Origin: Myxococcales bacterium
GTDB taxonomy: Bacteria > Myxococcota_A > Polyangia > Palsa-1104
Length of the DNA: 64,000 nucleotides
Assembly: GCA_043741435.1 (NCBI GenBank)
Contig: JAYUBF010000272.1
Location: 3,387 to 67,386, forward strand
Direction of reading: 5' to 3'
This document shows, one piece after another, positions 9,005 to 17,978 of the stretch (its first letter is position 1; every line of letters begins with the position of its first letter). The notes beneath the pieces are model-generated. The model searched no databases. It had not been told where the DNA came from and saw only the letters and a list, made by a program, of their open reading frames with translations. The position numbers were made by a program, and so were the translations under genes.

Positions 9005-9364
9005 ATGGATCACGAGGCAGCACTGGCATCGCTCTCCGACTACCTCGATGGCGAGCTAGGCACGACGGAGCGAGAGCGCGTAGACGCGCACCTGAGTGGG
9101 TGCGACGCGTGCCGCGCGGAGCTCGAGGACATGCGTCGCACGCTCTCCGCGCTGCGAGGCGCCAAGGTCGAAGCGGCGCCGGAGCCGAGCCCGGAGTTTC
9201 TCGACAACCTCCGATCGCAGATCAACACGCGATCGAAGGGGCGCTTCTTCAGCGGCAAGAAGCGCAGCTACAAGGTGGAGATCGCTTCGCTCATCGCCCT
9301 GGTGCTGGCAACCACGATCTACGTGGTGTTGTCATTGGTCTCGCCGATGTGGTTCGTTCGCTAA
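9005..9364 (+). CDS. Anti-sigma factor (zf-HC2, single C-terminal TM helix)
   Basis: The 'DAHLSGCDACRAELEDM' HxxxCxxC motif sits immediately downstream of the ECF sigma gene. The C-terminal TM helix is 'IASLIALVLATTIYVVLSLV'. The track ORF opens at TTG 8990, which is an alternative start. Confidence 0.8.
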   Translation: MDHEAALASLSDYLDGELGTTERERVDAHLSGCDACRAELEDMRRTLSALRGAKVEAAPEPSPEFLDNLRSQINTRSKGRFFSGKKRSYKVEIASLIALVLATTIYVVLSLVSPMWFVR

Positions 9365-9405
9365 ACAGCTGGCGCGATCAAGAGCCTCGACACGCGCGTG
9401 CATGG

Positions 9406-9783
9406 ACGGCGGCCAAGACGCTTCGCTATCCCTGTGGACAGCCGCGACCAGAAGCGCGGGAAGCGCGGGAAGCGCGCGGATCGCGCCTGACCACAGGGCT
9501 GCCTCGACGCCTCAGTGGGTTCGTGAACGCTGAGTTTTGATTTTCTTCTTTCTGGAAACGCGAGGTCGCATCGTTGGGCAGCCTGCATCGGCTGCGACCG
9601 TTGCCGACTGACCGCGAAGCTCCGACTCCGACTCCGACTCCGACTCTGAAAGAACAAACCAAACAACTGCCACAGACCCATCGAGGCGGCGAGGCAGCCC
9701 TGTGGTCAGGCGCGATCGACGCACTCTTCGGTCGATTGGGTCGCGGCTGTCCACAGGTATAGCGAAGCGTCCTCGCCGCCGTC
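9406..9783. repeat. 378-bp nested imperfect palindrome containing four REP-like 20-mers CCCTGTGG(A/T)CAG(C/G)CGCGA(C/T)C
   Basis: The units lie at 9430-9449 (+), 9479-9498 (-), 9698-9717 (+) and 9739-9758 (-). The outer arms (9406-9449 versus 9739-9783) match as reverse complements with about 4 mismatches in about 45 bp. Inside are (GAAGCGCGG)x3 at 9451-9477, a central hairpin GGTCGCA...TGCGACC and (TCCGAC)x4.3 at 9621-9646. Confidence 0.7.
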
Positions 9784-9790
9784 CGAGCAC

Positions 9791-9830
9791 GAGTCCGACT
9801 CGCCCCCAACGAGTCCGACTCGCCCCCAAC
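9791..9830. repeat. Perfect 20-bp direct tandem duplication GAGTCCGACTCGCCCCCAAC x2
   Basis: Read directly. It lies between the palindrome and the transposase promoter. Confidence 0.9.
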
Positions 9831-9856
9831 GATGCGGCCATAACGTTGAGTCAGCC

Positions 9857-9884
9857 TTGACAGTCCCGCGTCGTAAACTATATT
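9857..9884 (+). promoter_or_regulatory. Near-consensus sigma-70 type promoter TTGACA-N16-TATATT
   Basis: The -10 element ends 12 nt upstream of the ATG at 9897. It sits in a locally AT-rich patch that is unusual for this genome. Confidence 0.45.
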
Positions 9885-9896
9885 GGCCTAATCAAA

Positions 9897-10547
9897 ATGC
9901 CGCACAAATCGAGACAGCTTGCGTTCAAAGAGCCATGCACCCATGGCGGCAAACGAGAAGGAGCCGGTCGCAAGCGCCGCCTTTTACGCGCCAGCCTTCC
10001 GCACCGCGCACGCCCGGTCCTCGACGCAAAAGTGCCTCTTCACGTCACGCTGCGCATGACCGATCGCGTCTACAGCCTGCGAAGCGCGCGCAGCCTCCGC
10101 GTCATCGAGCGGGCGCTGCGCGGCGGTGCCGATCGCTTTGGCTTGCGAGTGATCCAGGTGTCGATTCAAGGCAACCACGTGCATCTCCTCGTCGAGGCGT
10201 CGAGCAGGCACGCGCTCACCCGCGGGATGCGTGGCCTCGCCATCCGTCTCGCCAAGGGGATGAACCGCATGATGCGCAGCACGGGGCGCGTCATCGCCGA
10301 CCGCTATCATGCGCGGTCCTTGCGCACGCCCACCGAGGTGCGAACGGTCATGCACTACCTGCAGCACAACCGTAGGCACCATGTGCCGTCGCTCCCCGAA
10401 GGCTACGTCGACGTGTTCGTGCTTTCGTCCGACACCACCGTCGGACTGTTGCCCGATCCGGGTACCTGGTTGCTGCGCGTCGGGTGGCGGCGTGGTCGCG
10501 TCGCGAAGCACGCGATGCACTGGCGGAGCGACCTCGTTACGGCGTGA
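9897..10547 (+). CDS. Y1 HUH transposase, IS200/IS605 TnpA-like / REP-associated tyrosine transposase (RAYT) family
   Basis: HUH motif 'QGNHVHLLVE' and catalytic Tyr region 'RTVMHYLQHNRRHH'. The N-terminal 'PLHVTLRM' is typical of this family. REP-like palindromes lie immediately upstream. Confidence 0.75.
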   Translation: MPHKSRQLAFKEPCTHGGKREGAGRKRRLLRASLPHRARPVLDAKVPLHVTLRMTDRVYSLRSARSLRVIERALRGGADRFGLRVIQVSIQGNHVHLLVEASSRHALTRGMRGLAIRLAKGMNRMMRSTGRVIADRYHARSLRTPTEVRTVMHYLQHNRRHHVPSLPEGYVDVFVLSSDTTVGLLPDPGTWLLRVGWRRGRVAKHAMHWRSDLVTA

Positions 10548-10591
10548 CGGTGTAGGTCGTCGAACATGCGGCCGCCGGCTGCGACCGTCGC

Positions 10592-11405
10592 TCAGGCCCC
10601 CGTTCGCTTGCCGATGAGAGTCGGGGACGCGAGCCACCGGTTCTCCACTGGCCTGCGCACCATCACGTCGTTGGTGTATTCGTTGGCAGCCGTCGATCCG
10701 GAGATGACGTACGTCTGACCGTCGGGCGCCGTCACCGCGTTGGCGTACGCCCGGGCCACTTGCAGCGATATGGAGGCGCTCCAGCTGTCGCCGGCGATGT
10801 CGTAAGGGTCCACCCCCGTCGTGAGGTTGCTATCGCTCGCGGCGACGCCCCCCATCGCGTCGAGCTTGCCGTCGGCGCCGCGTGCCGCGGCGTACGCGTA
10901 GCGCGGGTTCGGCATCCCCGCGAAGCCGGCCCATATGCCCGTCGAAGACCGAGCCGCTGCCGGTCGGGATGTAGAACTTGTTGTTGCCGCCCGCGATGAT
11001 GACCCCGCTCGAGAGCCCGCTGCCCGCCGGGTGCTTGGCGACCCACGTGCCTGCTTCGAGCGCGACCAGCTCGGGGAGATACGCGCTCGCATTCGTGACG
11101 CCGCCGAGGGAGTAGGGCACGCCGTTCACGGCGAACCCGGAGTGCAAAGCACGTGCGCTCGATAGCGCGGGCGCTGCAGTTCACGCGGCGGCGCCCGGCA
11201 CGAAGCTGTTGACGGTGGACACGGCGCCACCCGCGGCGCCGCCCGTCTCGTTACCCCCGATGGCGTAGATCTTCGCGCCGACCGTCACGCACGCGAACAG
11301 CTGCCGCACGTGCAGCATCGACGGCTGTGCTTTCCATGACGGCGGACCTGCGACGAACTGACAGTACCCGGTGTCGCAGCACCCGGTGACGCAGTCCGCA
11401 TTCAC
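10592..11405 (-). pseudogene. Kelch-repeat protein gene, disrupted (in-frame TGA at 11181-11183 and frameshift near 10940-10950)
   Basis: Kelch-like blades 'KIYAIGGNE', 'VNGVPYSLGG', 'GVIIAGGNNKFYIP', 'DGKLDAMGG' and 'DGQTYVISG' are spread over three track ORFs. ORFs 11181-11405 and 10830-11147 share a frame and are separated only by TGA. ORF 10592-11092 continues after a 1-nt shift. No signal peptide or ATG lies upstream. Confidence 0.6.
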
Positions 11406-11455
11406 GCCGCAGATATTCAGGGTAGCCCAACTGCAGCGACGGTTGTTGTCCGCTC

Positions 11456-11485
11456 GGTCGCTAGCTACTGGGTCGCTAGCTACTG
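11456..11485. repeat. 15-bp tandem duplication GGTCGCTAGCTACTG x2
   Basis: Read directly. It lies in the open frame upstream of the Kelch remnant, where it would encode PVASD-PVASD. Confidence 0.85.
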
Positions 11486-11623
11486 GGTTACTGGCGTCTT
11501 CAACTGCTGCAACCGCGTGGGTCGCTGCGCGGGCTGGCTCGGCGCGGTGTACAGGTCATACCGGCCACCGGCGGCCCTTTGCCGCGGGATTTGTCTTCGC
11601 TAGCATGGGTGAGCAACGCCGCT

Positions 11624-11851
11624 TCACTTCGGGGCGACGTTGAAGAACAGCGTGATCGCCAGGCAGTGGAATGCTTCGTCGCTGGACTGCGTCACGATCT
11701 TGTCCACCACTTTCACGCCCGGGTTCGAGCTGAGCCAGGTCGTGATCTTGTCACCGAGCTGGTCGCGCTCTTGCGCCATCGTGGCCGAGAATACTTTGAC
11801 GCCGCTAAACTGAATCATGTTGGAGCCGGAGTTGGTGGAGGATGACGCCAT
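11624..11851 (-). CDS. Small hypothetical protein (75 aa)
   Basis: Strong G/C third-position bias on the minus strand. It lies 43 nt downstream of the LeuA-like gene on the same strand. I recognise no motif. Confidence 0.55.
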   Translation of the reverse strand: MASSSTNSGSNMIQFSGVKVFSATMAQERDQLGDKITTWLSSNPGVKVVDKIVTQSSDEAFHCLAITLFFNVAPK

Positions 11852-11894
11852 GGTGTTGCCTTTCTGTCGCCGTGGGTGACTCGGAACTTGCTGC

Positions 11895-13187
11895 TTACTG
11901 TTGCCGGTGGTTCGCGATGATCCGTTGAATCTCGGGCTCGCTCAGGACTTGGTTCGTCGCCTTCGCTGCCGAGAAGATGGCCTGAACCAGGCTGGGGGTC
12001 ACCTCGATGGATCGCTTTTGCAGCCAGTAGATCACGTTCGACTCTCCGCTCATGTGACCCACTTCGATCTCTTGCTCGCGTCCGAACAGACCCGCCGGAA
12101 CACCTGAGTAGATGCGATCCGCGAGAAAAGCGTCGCCCCTCTTCTCCGCTTTGATGATCGCCGCTGCGTGAACGCCGGTGGCGGTACGGAACGCGTCGGA
12201 GCCCACGAGAGGGTAGTTGTACGCGATGGGAACGCTACATGCCTGCGAAACCTTCTCGCACAGCTCGATGAGCTGCGTGAGGTCGCGGTCCTCCAGCTCG
12301 CCGAGGAGCTTCAGGTTCATGAGGATCTGATCGAGCGCGGCGTTGCCCACGCGCTCGCCCACACCGAGCATCGTGCCGTGCACGCGGTCGGCGCCGAACT
12401 CGAGCGCGTAGATCGCATTGGTGACGCCCAGGCCTCGATCGTTGTGGCCGTGCCAGTCGATCGCGACCTTCGCCCCGCGATCGTCCACGAACTTGCGTGT
12501 CCACGAGATGAGGCTGCGGATGCCGTCCGGCGTGGCGTGTCCCACGGTGTCGCAGATGCACAAGCGGGTGGCGCCGTGCTGGATCGCGTTGTCGAACAAC
12601 GCCTCCAGCACCTCGGGCCGCGAACGCGTGGTGTCCTCGGTCACGTACGTGACGGGCAGCCCGTTCTTCACGGCGAGCGAGATCGCCTCGCCCGAGAGCC
12701 TGAGCATGCGCGCCATGTCCCAGTTCTCGGCGTACAGCCGTACCGGCGAGGAGCCGATGAAGGCCATGACCTCGAGGGAGACCCCCACGCGCTGGCTGAC
12801 GTCCACGATCGCCGCGATGTCGTTCACATGTGTGCGGCCTGCTGCGGCCGGCCTGATCTTCAGCTTGCTGTCGCGGATCTCGGTGGCAATTGCCACGCAA
12901 TCCTCGACCGCGCGCGGTCCGGCGCCCGGCAGACCGATGTCCAGGCTCTCGATGCCGATGGCCTCGAGCAAGTGCAGGATCTCGAGCTTGTCTTTGATGC
13001 CGGGGTCACGCACCGACGGCGATTGGATCCCGTCACGCAACGTCTCGTCGAAGAACTCGAACGGCCGCTTGAGCAGCCGCCCCTTTCGATCGATCTCGTT
13101 CCAGTCGTACATTATATCGGACTGCGAGAGCTCCTCGGGCTTCTTGCCGAGGAGCTCTTCGATCGAACCGTTGCTCTCTTGTGCCAC
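11895..13187 (-). CDS. LeuA/HMGL-family Claisen-condensing enzyme (2-isopropylmalate / citramalate / homocitrate synthase-like), short form
   Basis: Motifs 'FFDETLRDGIQSP' and 'HGHNDRGLGVTNAIYALEFGADRVHGTMLGVGERVGNA'. At 430 aa it appears to lack the C-terminal LeuA allosteric domain. Confidence 0.8.
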   Translation of the reverse strand: MAQESNGSIEELLGKKPEELSQSDIMYDWNEIDRKGRLLKRPFEFFDETLRDGIQSPSVRDPGIKDKLEILHLLEAIGIESLDIGLPGAGPRAVEDCVAIATEIRDSKLKIRPAAAGRTHVNDIAAIVDVSQRVGVSLEVMAFIGSSPVRLYAENWDMARMLRLSGEAISLAVKNGLPVTYVTEDTTRSRPEVLEALFDNAIQHGATRLCICDTVGHATPDGIRSLISWTRKFVDDRGAKVAIDWHGHNDRGLGVTNAIYALEFGADRVHGTMLGVGERVGNAALDQILMNLKLLGELEDRDLTQLIELCEKVSQACSVPIAYNYPLVGSDAFRTATGVHAAAIIKAEKRGDAFLADRIYSGVPAGLFGREQEIEVGHMSGESNVIYWLQKRSIEVTPSLVQAIFSAAKATNQVLSEPEIQRIIANHRQQ

Positions 13188-13207
13188 GTAGATCCTTCTT
13201 TACGACC

Positions 13208-14401
<1,194 letters not shown>

Positions 14402-14426
14402 GGTTGGTTTCCTTTACGCCGAACGG

Positions 14427-16421
14427 TTACGACGTGCGACGAAACATGCCTTTTTGGTAAGCGACGATGTGACCTTCGAACGCGGATGCAGCCACCGATG
14501 ACGGGGACGCGAGATAGAGCTGGCCGGGGCCGGACCTGCCCTCGTAGTTGCGGTTGATGGCCGAGATGGATACCTGATCGCGCGCCGCCGATACGCCGGG
14601 GCCACAGCCGATGCATGCACCGCAGCCGGGGGGGATCACCTGCACGCCGGCCTTCTCGAACAGCTGAAGATAGCCACGGCCCTTGGCGTACGCCTCGACC
14701 GCTTGCGAGCCGAACTGGATGAAGAACGAGACCCCGTCCTTCACCTTGCGGCCGCTGGCGACGGCATCGGCGCAGACCTCGGCATAGAGGTCCATGTCGA
14801 CTTCTTTGCCTGCGGTGCAGGAGCCGCCGTAGGCAATCTGCACGGGAATGCTGCCGAGCTCGTCGATGAACGCGCCGTTGGTGGGATCGGACGGAATCCC
14901 CTTCGCCGCGTCGCCGGGGGTGGCCACCATCGGGCGGATCGACGCGAGGTCGATGAGGTGGATGCCGCCCGCGTACTCGGCACCTGCATCTGGGCCCATG
15001 GCCGCGCCCTTCAATGCTCCCGCGTCGACGCCTGGCCTGCGCTCGACGATCCAGTCGATGGTCTGGTGGTCGACTTCGCAGATGCCGGACTTGGCCGCGC
15101 ATTCGGTGGCCATGTTGCACAACGTGGCGCGCTCGTCGGGCGCGAGGGTTGCCAGACCCGGACCGCCGAACTCCATCACTCGGTCGAGGGTTTCTTGCGC
15201 GCGCGCGTGCGTGGCGAGGATGTGCAGCATCACGTCCTTCGCCGTGACGCCGGGTCTGAGAGCCCCGCGAAGCTCGAAGCGGATGGACTCCGGCACGACC
15301 ACGAACGTGAAGCCCGCGTGAATGAGCGCCGCGTACTCGGTGGCACCCACCCCGTAGGCGAGCGCACCGACGGCGCCGCCCATGCACGTGTGGCTGTCCG
15401 TGGCCTGGATGAAGTCGCCGGGGCGCAGCAGTTTCTCGCGGGCGACCGTGTGACAGATGCCGGGTGACACGCCGTCCTTCGCGGCGTAGTCCTGCACGCC
15501 CGTCTTCTTCTGGAAGGCGCGCTGCATCTGCCGCAGGACCTCGATCTTCGGCGAGAACGGCGCCATCTTGGCAACACCGTCGGCGTAGATGAGGTGGTCC
15601 TCGAACACGGCGAAGCGCGAGGGGTTCGGCAGCGTGTAGCCGTCGCCGAATTCTTCCTCGAGGAAGGCATGGACCTGCGCCGTGGTGAACTCGTGCGAGT
15701 ACCCACCGTCGACGCGAACGCAGACGTCGTCGCCGGGTTTCAGGTACACCGCTTCGTTCGGGAGCTGGTCGACGAGACGGCTGGCGAGGATCTTCTCCGC
15801 CATCGTCATGGGGCGGCGCAGCGTGGCCGGCCGTTGCAGGCTCACGTCGCCACGGCTCAGCGCCTTGGTGAACGGGAACAGCCCACCCGCGACGATAATC
15901 TTTCGCGTGAGTGGATCAGTGTCGGCCGCCAGATCCTCGAGAGAGACAGCGTCGCCCGACTCGAGCCGCGGCAGCACCGCGTGTCCGGCCATGAGCACGC
16001 CCTGGTTGATGTTGTTGCGCGCGTGGATGGGTGCGAAGGACGCAGCGACCGCGAGCTTGATCCCCGACCATTTCTCCGCCTGCACCGCGGTCTCACGCGA
16101 CGAGCCCACGCCCTTGCGATAGCCCGACACGATGACCTCGAAGCCGCCGTGCTTCAGCTCCCCCTGGCGGAACAGCTTCTCGCCGCCGTACATGAGGCCG
16201 GCATAGGCGTTCTCCGCGATGTCCGACGGACGCCAGTCGAAGCACGTCCACGCCGGCGTCATCGCGTCGGTGTTGATGTCGTCGAGGAGATCCGCCACCG
16301 ATAGATCACGCATGCGCAACGTGACCTTGCCTTCGAGCTGCTGACGGATCAGCGCGAAGTCTTTCGTCATGTAGAGAATTTTCTTTCCAGGCGTGAGGCG
16401 AAAAGAACCCTGTTGCGCCAT
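14427..16421 (-). CDS. Aconitase-family hydratase with fused LeuD-like (N-terminal) and LeuC-like (C-terminal) domains
   Basis: The N-terminus 'GVGSSRETAVQAEKW...ASFAPIHARNNINQG' is the swivel domain. Next come 'ATDSHTCMGGAVGALAYGVGATE', 'GSCTAGKEVD' and 'PGCGACIGCGPG', the Fe-S ligand regions. Start is at MAQQ, preceded by GAGG. Confidence 0.85.
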   Translation of the reverse strand: MAQQGSFRLTPGKKILYMTKDFALIRQQLEGKVTLRMRDLSVADLLDDINTDAMTPAWTCFDWRPSDIAENAYAGLMYGGEKLFRQGELKHGGFEVIVSGYRKGVGSSRETAVQAEKWSGIKLAVAASFAPIHARNNINQGVLMAGHAVLPRLESGDAVSLEDLAADTDPLTRKIIVAGGLFPFTKALSRGDVSLQRPATLRRPMTMAEKILASRLVDQLPNEAVYLKPGDDVCVRVDGGYSHEFTTAQVHAFLEEEFGDGYTLPNPSRFAVFEDHLIYADGVAKMAPFSPKIEVLRQMQRAFQKKTGVQDYAAKDGVSPGICHTVAREKLLRPGDFIQATDSHTCMGGAVGALAYGVGATEYAALIHAGFTFVVVPESIRFELRGALRPGVTAKDVMLHILATHARAQETLDRVMEFGGPGLATLAPDERATLCNMATECAAKSGICEVDHQTIDWIVERRPGVDAGALKGAAMGPDAGAEYAGGIHLIDLASIRPMVATPGDAAKGIPSDPTNGAFIDELGSIPVQIAYGGSCTAGKEVDMDLYAEVCADAVASGRKVKDGVSFFIQFGSQAVEAYAKGRGYLQLFEKAGVQVIPPGCGACIGCGPGVSAARDQVSISAINRNYEGRSGPGQLYLASPSSVAASAFEGHIVAYQKGMFRRTS

Positions 16422-16540
16422 CCGGACCTCGAGGTGGTGCAGCAAAATATGCTTTGTGCACCGATGCTTGCAAGGCCTTCCGGCGGGCGCCCAAGTGCCT
16501 CCCGCTTGCTTCTGCGGAGGGCGCCTGACACCTTAAACAC

Positions 16541-16780
16541 ATGAAACGTACAAATCTTGTGCTTAAAGAAGACGTGCTCATCGAGGCACAGCGCCTATCC
16601 GGTGAGACCACGTACTCGAGCACGGTGAACCGCGCGCTCGAGGAGCTTGTCCGTCGGATCAAGGCCCGGCGCGTGCTCGATCTCCAGGGTGCCGGGACCT
16701 GGGAGGGTGATTTGTCCGAGATGCGTGGCGATCCAGCCCCGCATCGTAGCCTCCCGCGAGCGCGCCGTGGTTCTCGTTGA
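16541..16780 (+). CDS. vapB: Type II antitoxin, VapB (DUF2191-like) family
   Basis: The sequence 'MKRTNLVLKEDVLIEAQRLSG...NRALEELVRR...WEGDLSEMRGD' fits this family. About 15 extra C-terminal codons overlap the PIN gene. Confidence 0.75.
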   Translation: MKRTNLVLKEDVLIEAQRLSGETTYSSTVNRALEELVRRIKARRVLDLQGAGTWEGDLSEMRGDPAPHRSLPRARRGSR

Positions 16781-17156
16781 TACGTCCGTCTGGATCCATG
16801 TCTTGCGCCGAGGGGCGAAGCAACGCTTGGAAGACCTGGTAGACATCGACGATGTCGTGATCGCGCTTCCGATCTTGCAAGAGCTCTTGCAAGGCTTCGC
16901 CGAACCCGCCGCGTTGCGCGTCGCGCGCGAATCGTTGCTGGCCTTACCGATCGTCGATTCTCCGATGCCGCAGGCCCGTTACCTCGAGGCGGCTGCCCTG
17001 TACCGATTGTCGCGGCGAGCTGGAATCACGATTCGTTCATCTGTCGATTGCTTGATCGCTGCCTGCGCGATTCAGCACGACCTTACGGTCATGCATCACG
17101 ACCGCGATTTCGACGCAATTGCCAAGATCTCGCCGCTACGCACACGGCGGATGTAG
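16725..17156 (+). CDS. vapC: PIN-domain ribonuclease toxin VapC
   Basis: The four PIN acidic positions are present in 'VLVDTSVW', 'LQELLQG', 'SSVDCLIAA' and 'HHDRDFD'. The start is uncertain: GTG 16725 or GTG 16767. Confidence 0.8.
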   Translation: MAIQPRIVASRERAVVLVDTSVWIHVLRRGAKQRLEDLVDIDDVVIALPILQELLQGFAEPAALRVARESLLALPIVDSPMPQARYLEAAALYRLSRRAGITIRSSVDCLIAACAIQHDLTVMHHDRDFDAIAKISPLRTRRM

Positions 17157-17812
17157 TGACGATCAACCCCAAGCTAGCCCTCATCTTGGTGCTGGACTTC
17201 GACGGCACCATCACCGAAAAAGACATCGGCGACGAGGTGTGTGACCACTTCGCGGACCCGAGCTGGAAGGACATCGACGCCGCGTGGGTGCGCAACGAGA
17301 TCTCGCTCCCCGAGGCGCAGCGACGGATGTGGGCGTTGGCGAAGGCGCACCGCGAGGAGGCCGTCGCCTACGCGCAGAGTGTGGGTCATCGGCGACCAGG
17401 CCTCGATGCGCTGCTCTGCGAGGTCGAGCGCCAGGGCGGAGAGACGTGGCTCGCGTCCGGTGGTTTCGACTTCTACGTCGAGGCGTTGCTCGGCAGCGAT
17501 GTGCAGCGCCTGAGCAGGCGCTACTACAACGCCACCACGTTCGAAGGCGGACGCATTGCGGTGGATTTTCCGCACACCGACCTCGCGTGCGAACGCTGCG
17601 CCGTGTGCAAAGGCAAGGTGTGCGACCTGGCGCACACCGTCGCGAGGCGCGTGGTGTTCGTGGGCGATGGCTCTTCGGATCGTTGCGCGATCGGCAGGGC
17701 GGATCGCTTGTTCGCAGTCGAGGGTGGCATCCTCGACCAGCATTGCAGAAAGCTGGCCGCCGAGGCCACCCGCTTTACCCGCTTCGACGAAGTCGCGGCT
17801 GCGTTACGGTGA
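17156..17812 (+). CDS. HAD-superfamily phosphatase, MtnX-like (subfamily IB)
   Basis: Motif I is 'LVLDFDGTITEKDIGD' and motif IV-like is 'VFVGDGSSD'. There is a Cys cluster 'CERCAVCKGKVC'. The GTG start overlaps the vapC TAG stop by 1 nt. Confidence 0.7.
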   Translation: MTINPKLALILVLDFDGTITEKDIGDEVCDHFADPSWKDIDAAWVRNEISLPEAQRRMWALAKAHREEAVAYAQSVGHRRPGLDALLCEVERQGGETWLASGGFDFYVEALLGSDVQRLSRRYYNATTFEGGRIAVDFPHTDLACERCAVCKGKVCDLAHTVARRVVFVGDGSSDRCAIGRADRLFAVEGGILDQHCRKLAAEATRFTRFDEVAAALR

Positions 17813-17832
17813 CGACCCGCCGCTTCCAATAT

Positions 17833-17863
17833 TGCATATTGAACATGTACCGTTCGATATGCA
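17833..17863. terminator. 12-bp stem hairpin in AT-rich convergent intergenic region
   Basis: TGCATATTGAAC-atgtacc-GTTCGATATGCA, with one G-U pair. It lies 21 nt after the HAD stop, between convergent genes, and may act as a bidirectional terminator. Confidence 0.4.
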
Positions 17864-17978
17864 GGGATGATTTCCAGAACGTCTTGATCGCGAAGCTCAC
17901 GGCGCGAACCGGGTAGATGGGTGCCAGAAACGGCGCGTGACCAGTTACATTTTCGGCCTGAACGCGTTCGCGGAAACG

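Noticed and set aside
9406-9830. Possible CRISPR array because of clustered short repeats
   Set aside because: The repeats are in inverted, not direct, orientation or are immediately tandem without unique spacers of regular length. No cas genes are in the window.
11181-11183. In-frame TGA in the Kelch gene as selenocysteine or programmed readthrough
   Set aside because: There is no SECIS-like hairpin immediately downstream and no Cys/Sec-type active-site context. The same gene also has a frameshift and lacks a start, so decay is the simpler explanation.
9365-11650. Integrated mobile island or prophage around the transposase
   Set aside because: There is no integrase, recombinase, phage or conjugation gene, no flanking direct repeats and no tRNA target. 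Only a single Y1 transposase gene with REP-like sequences is present.
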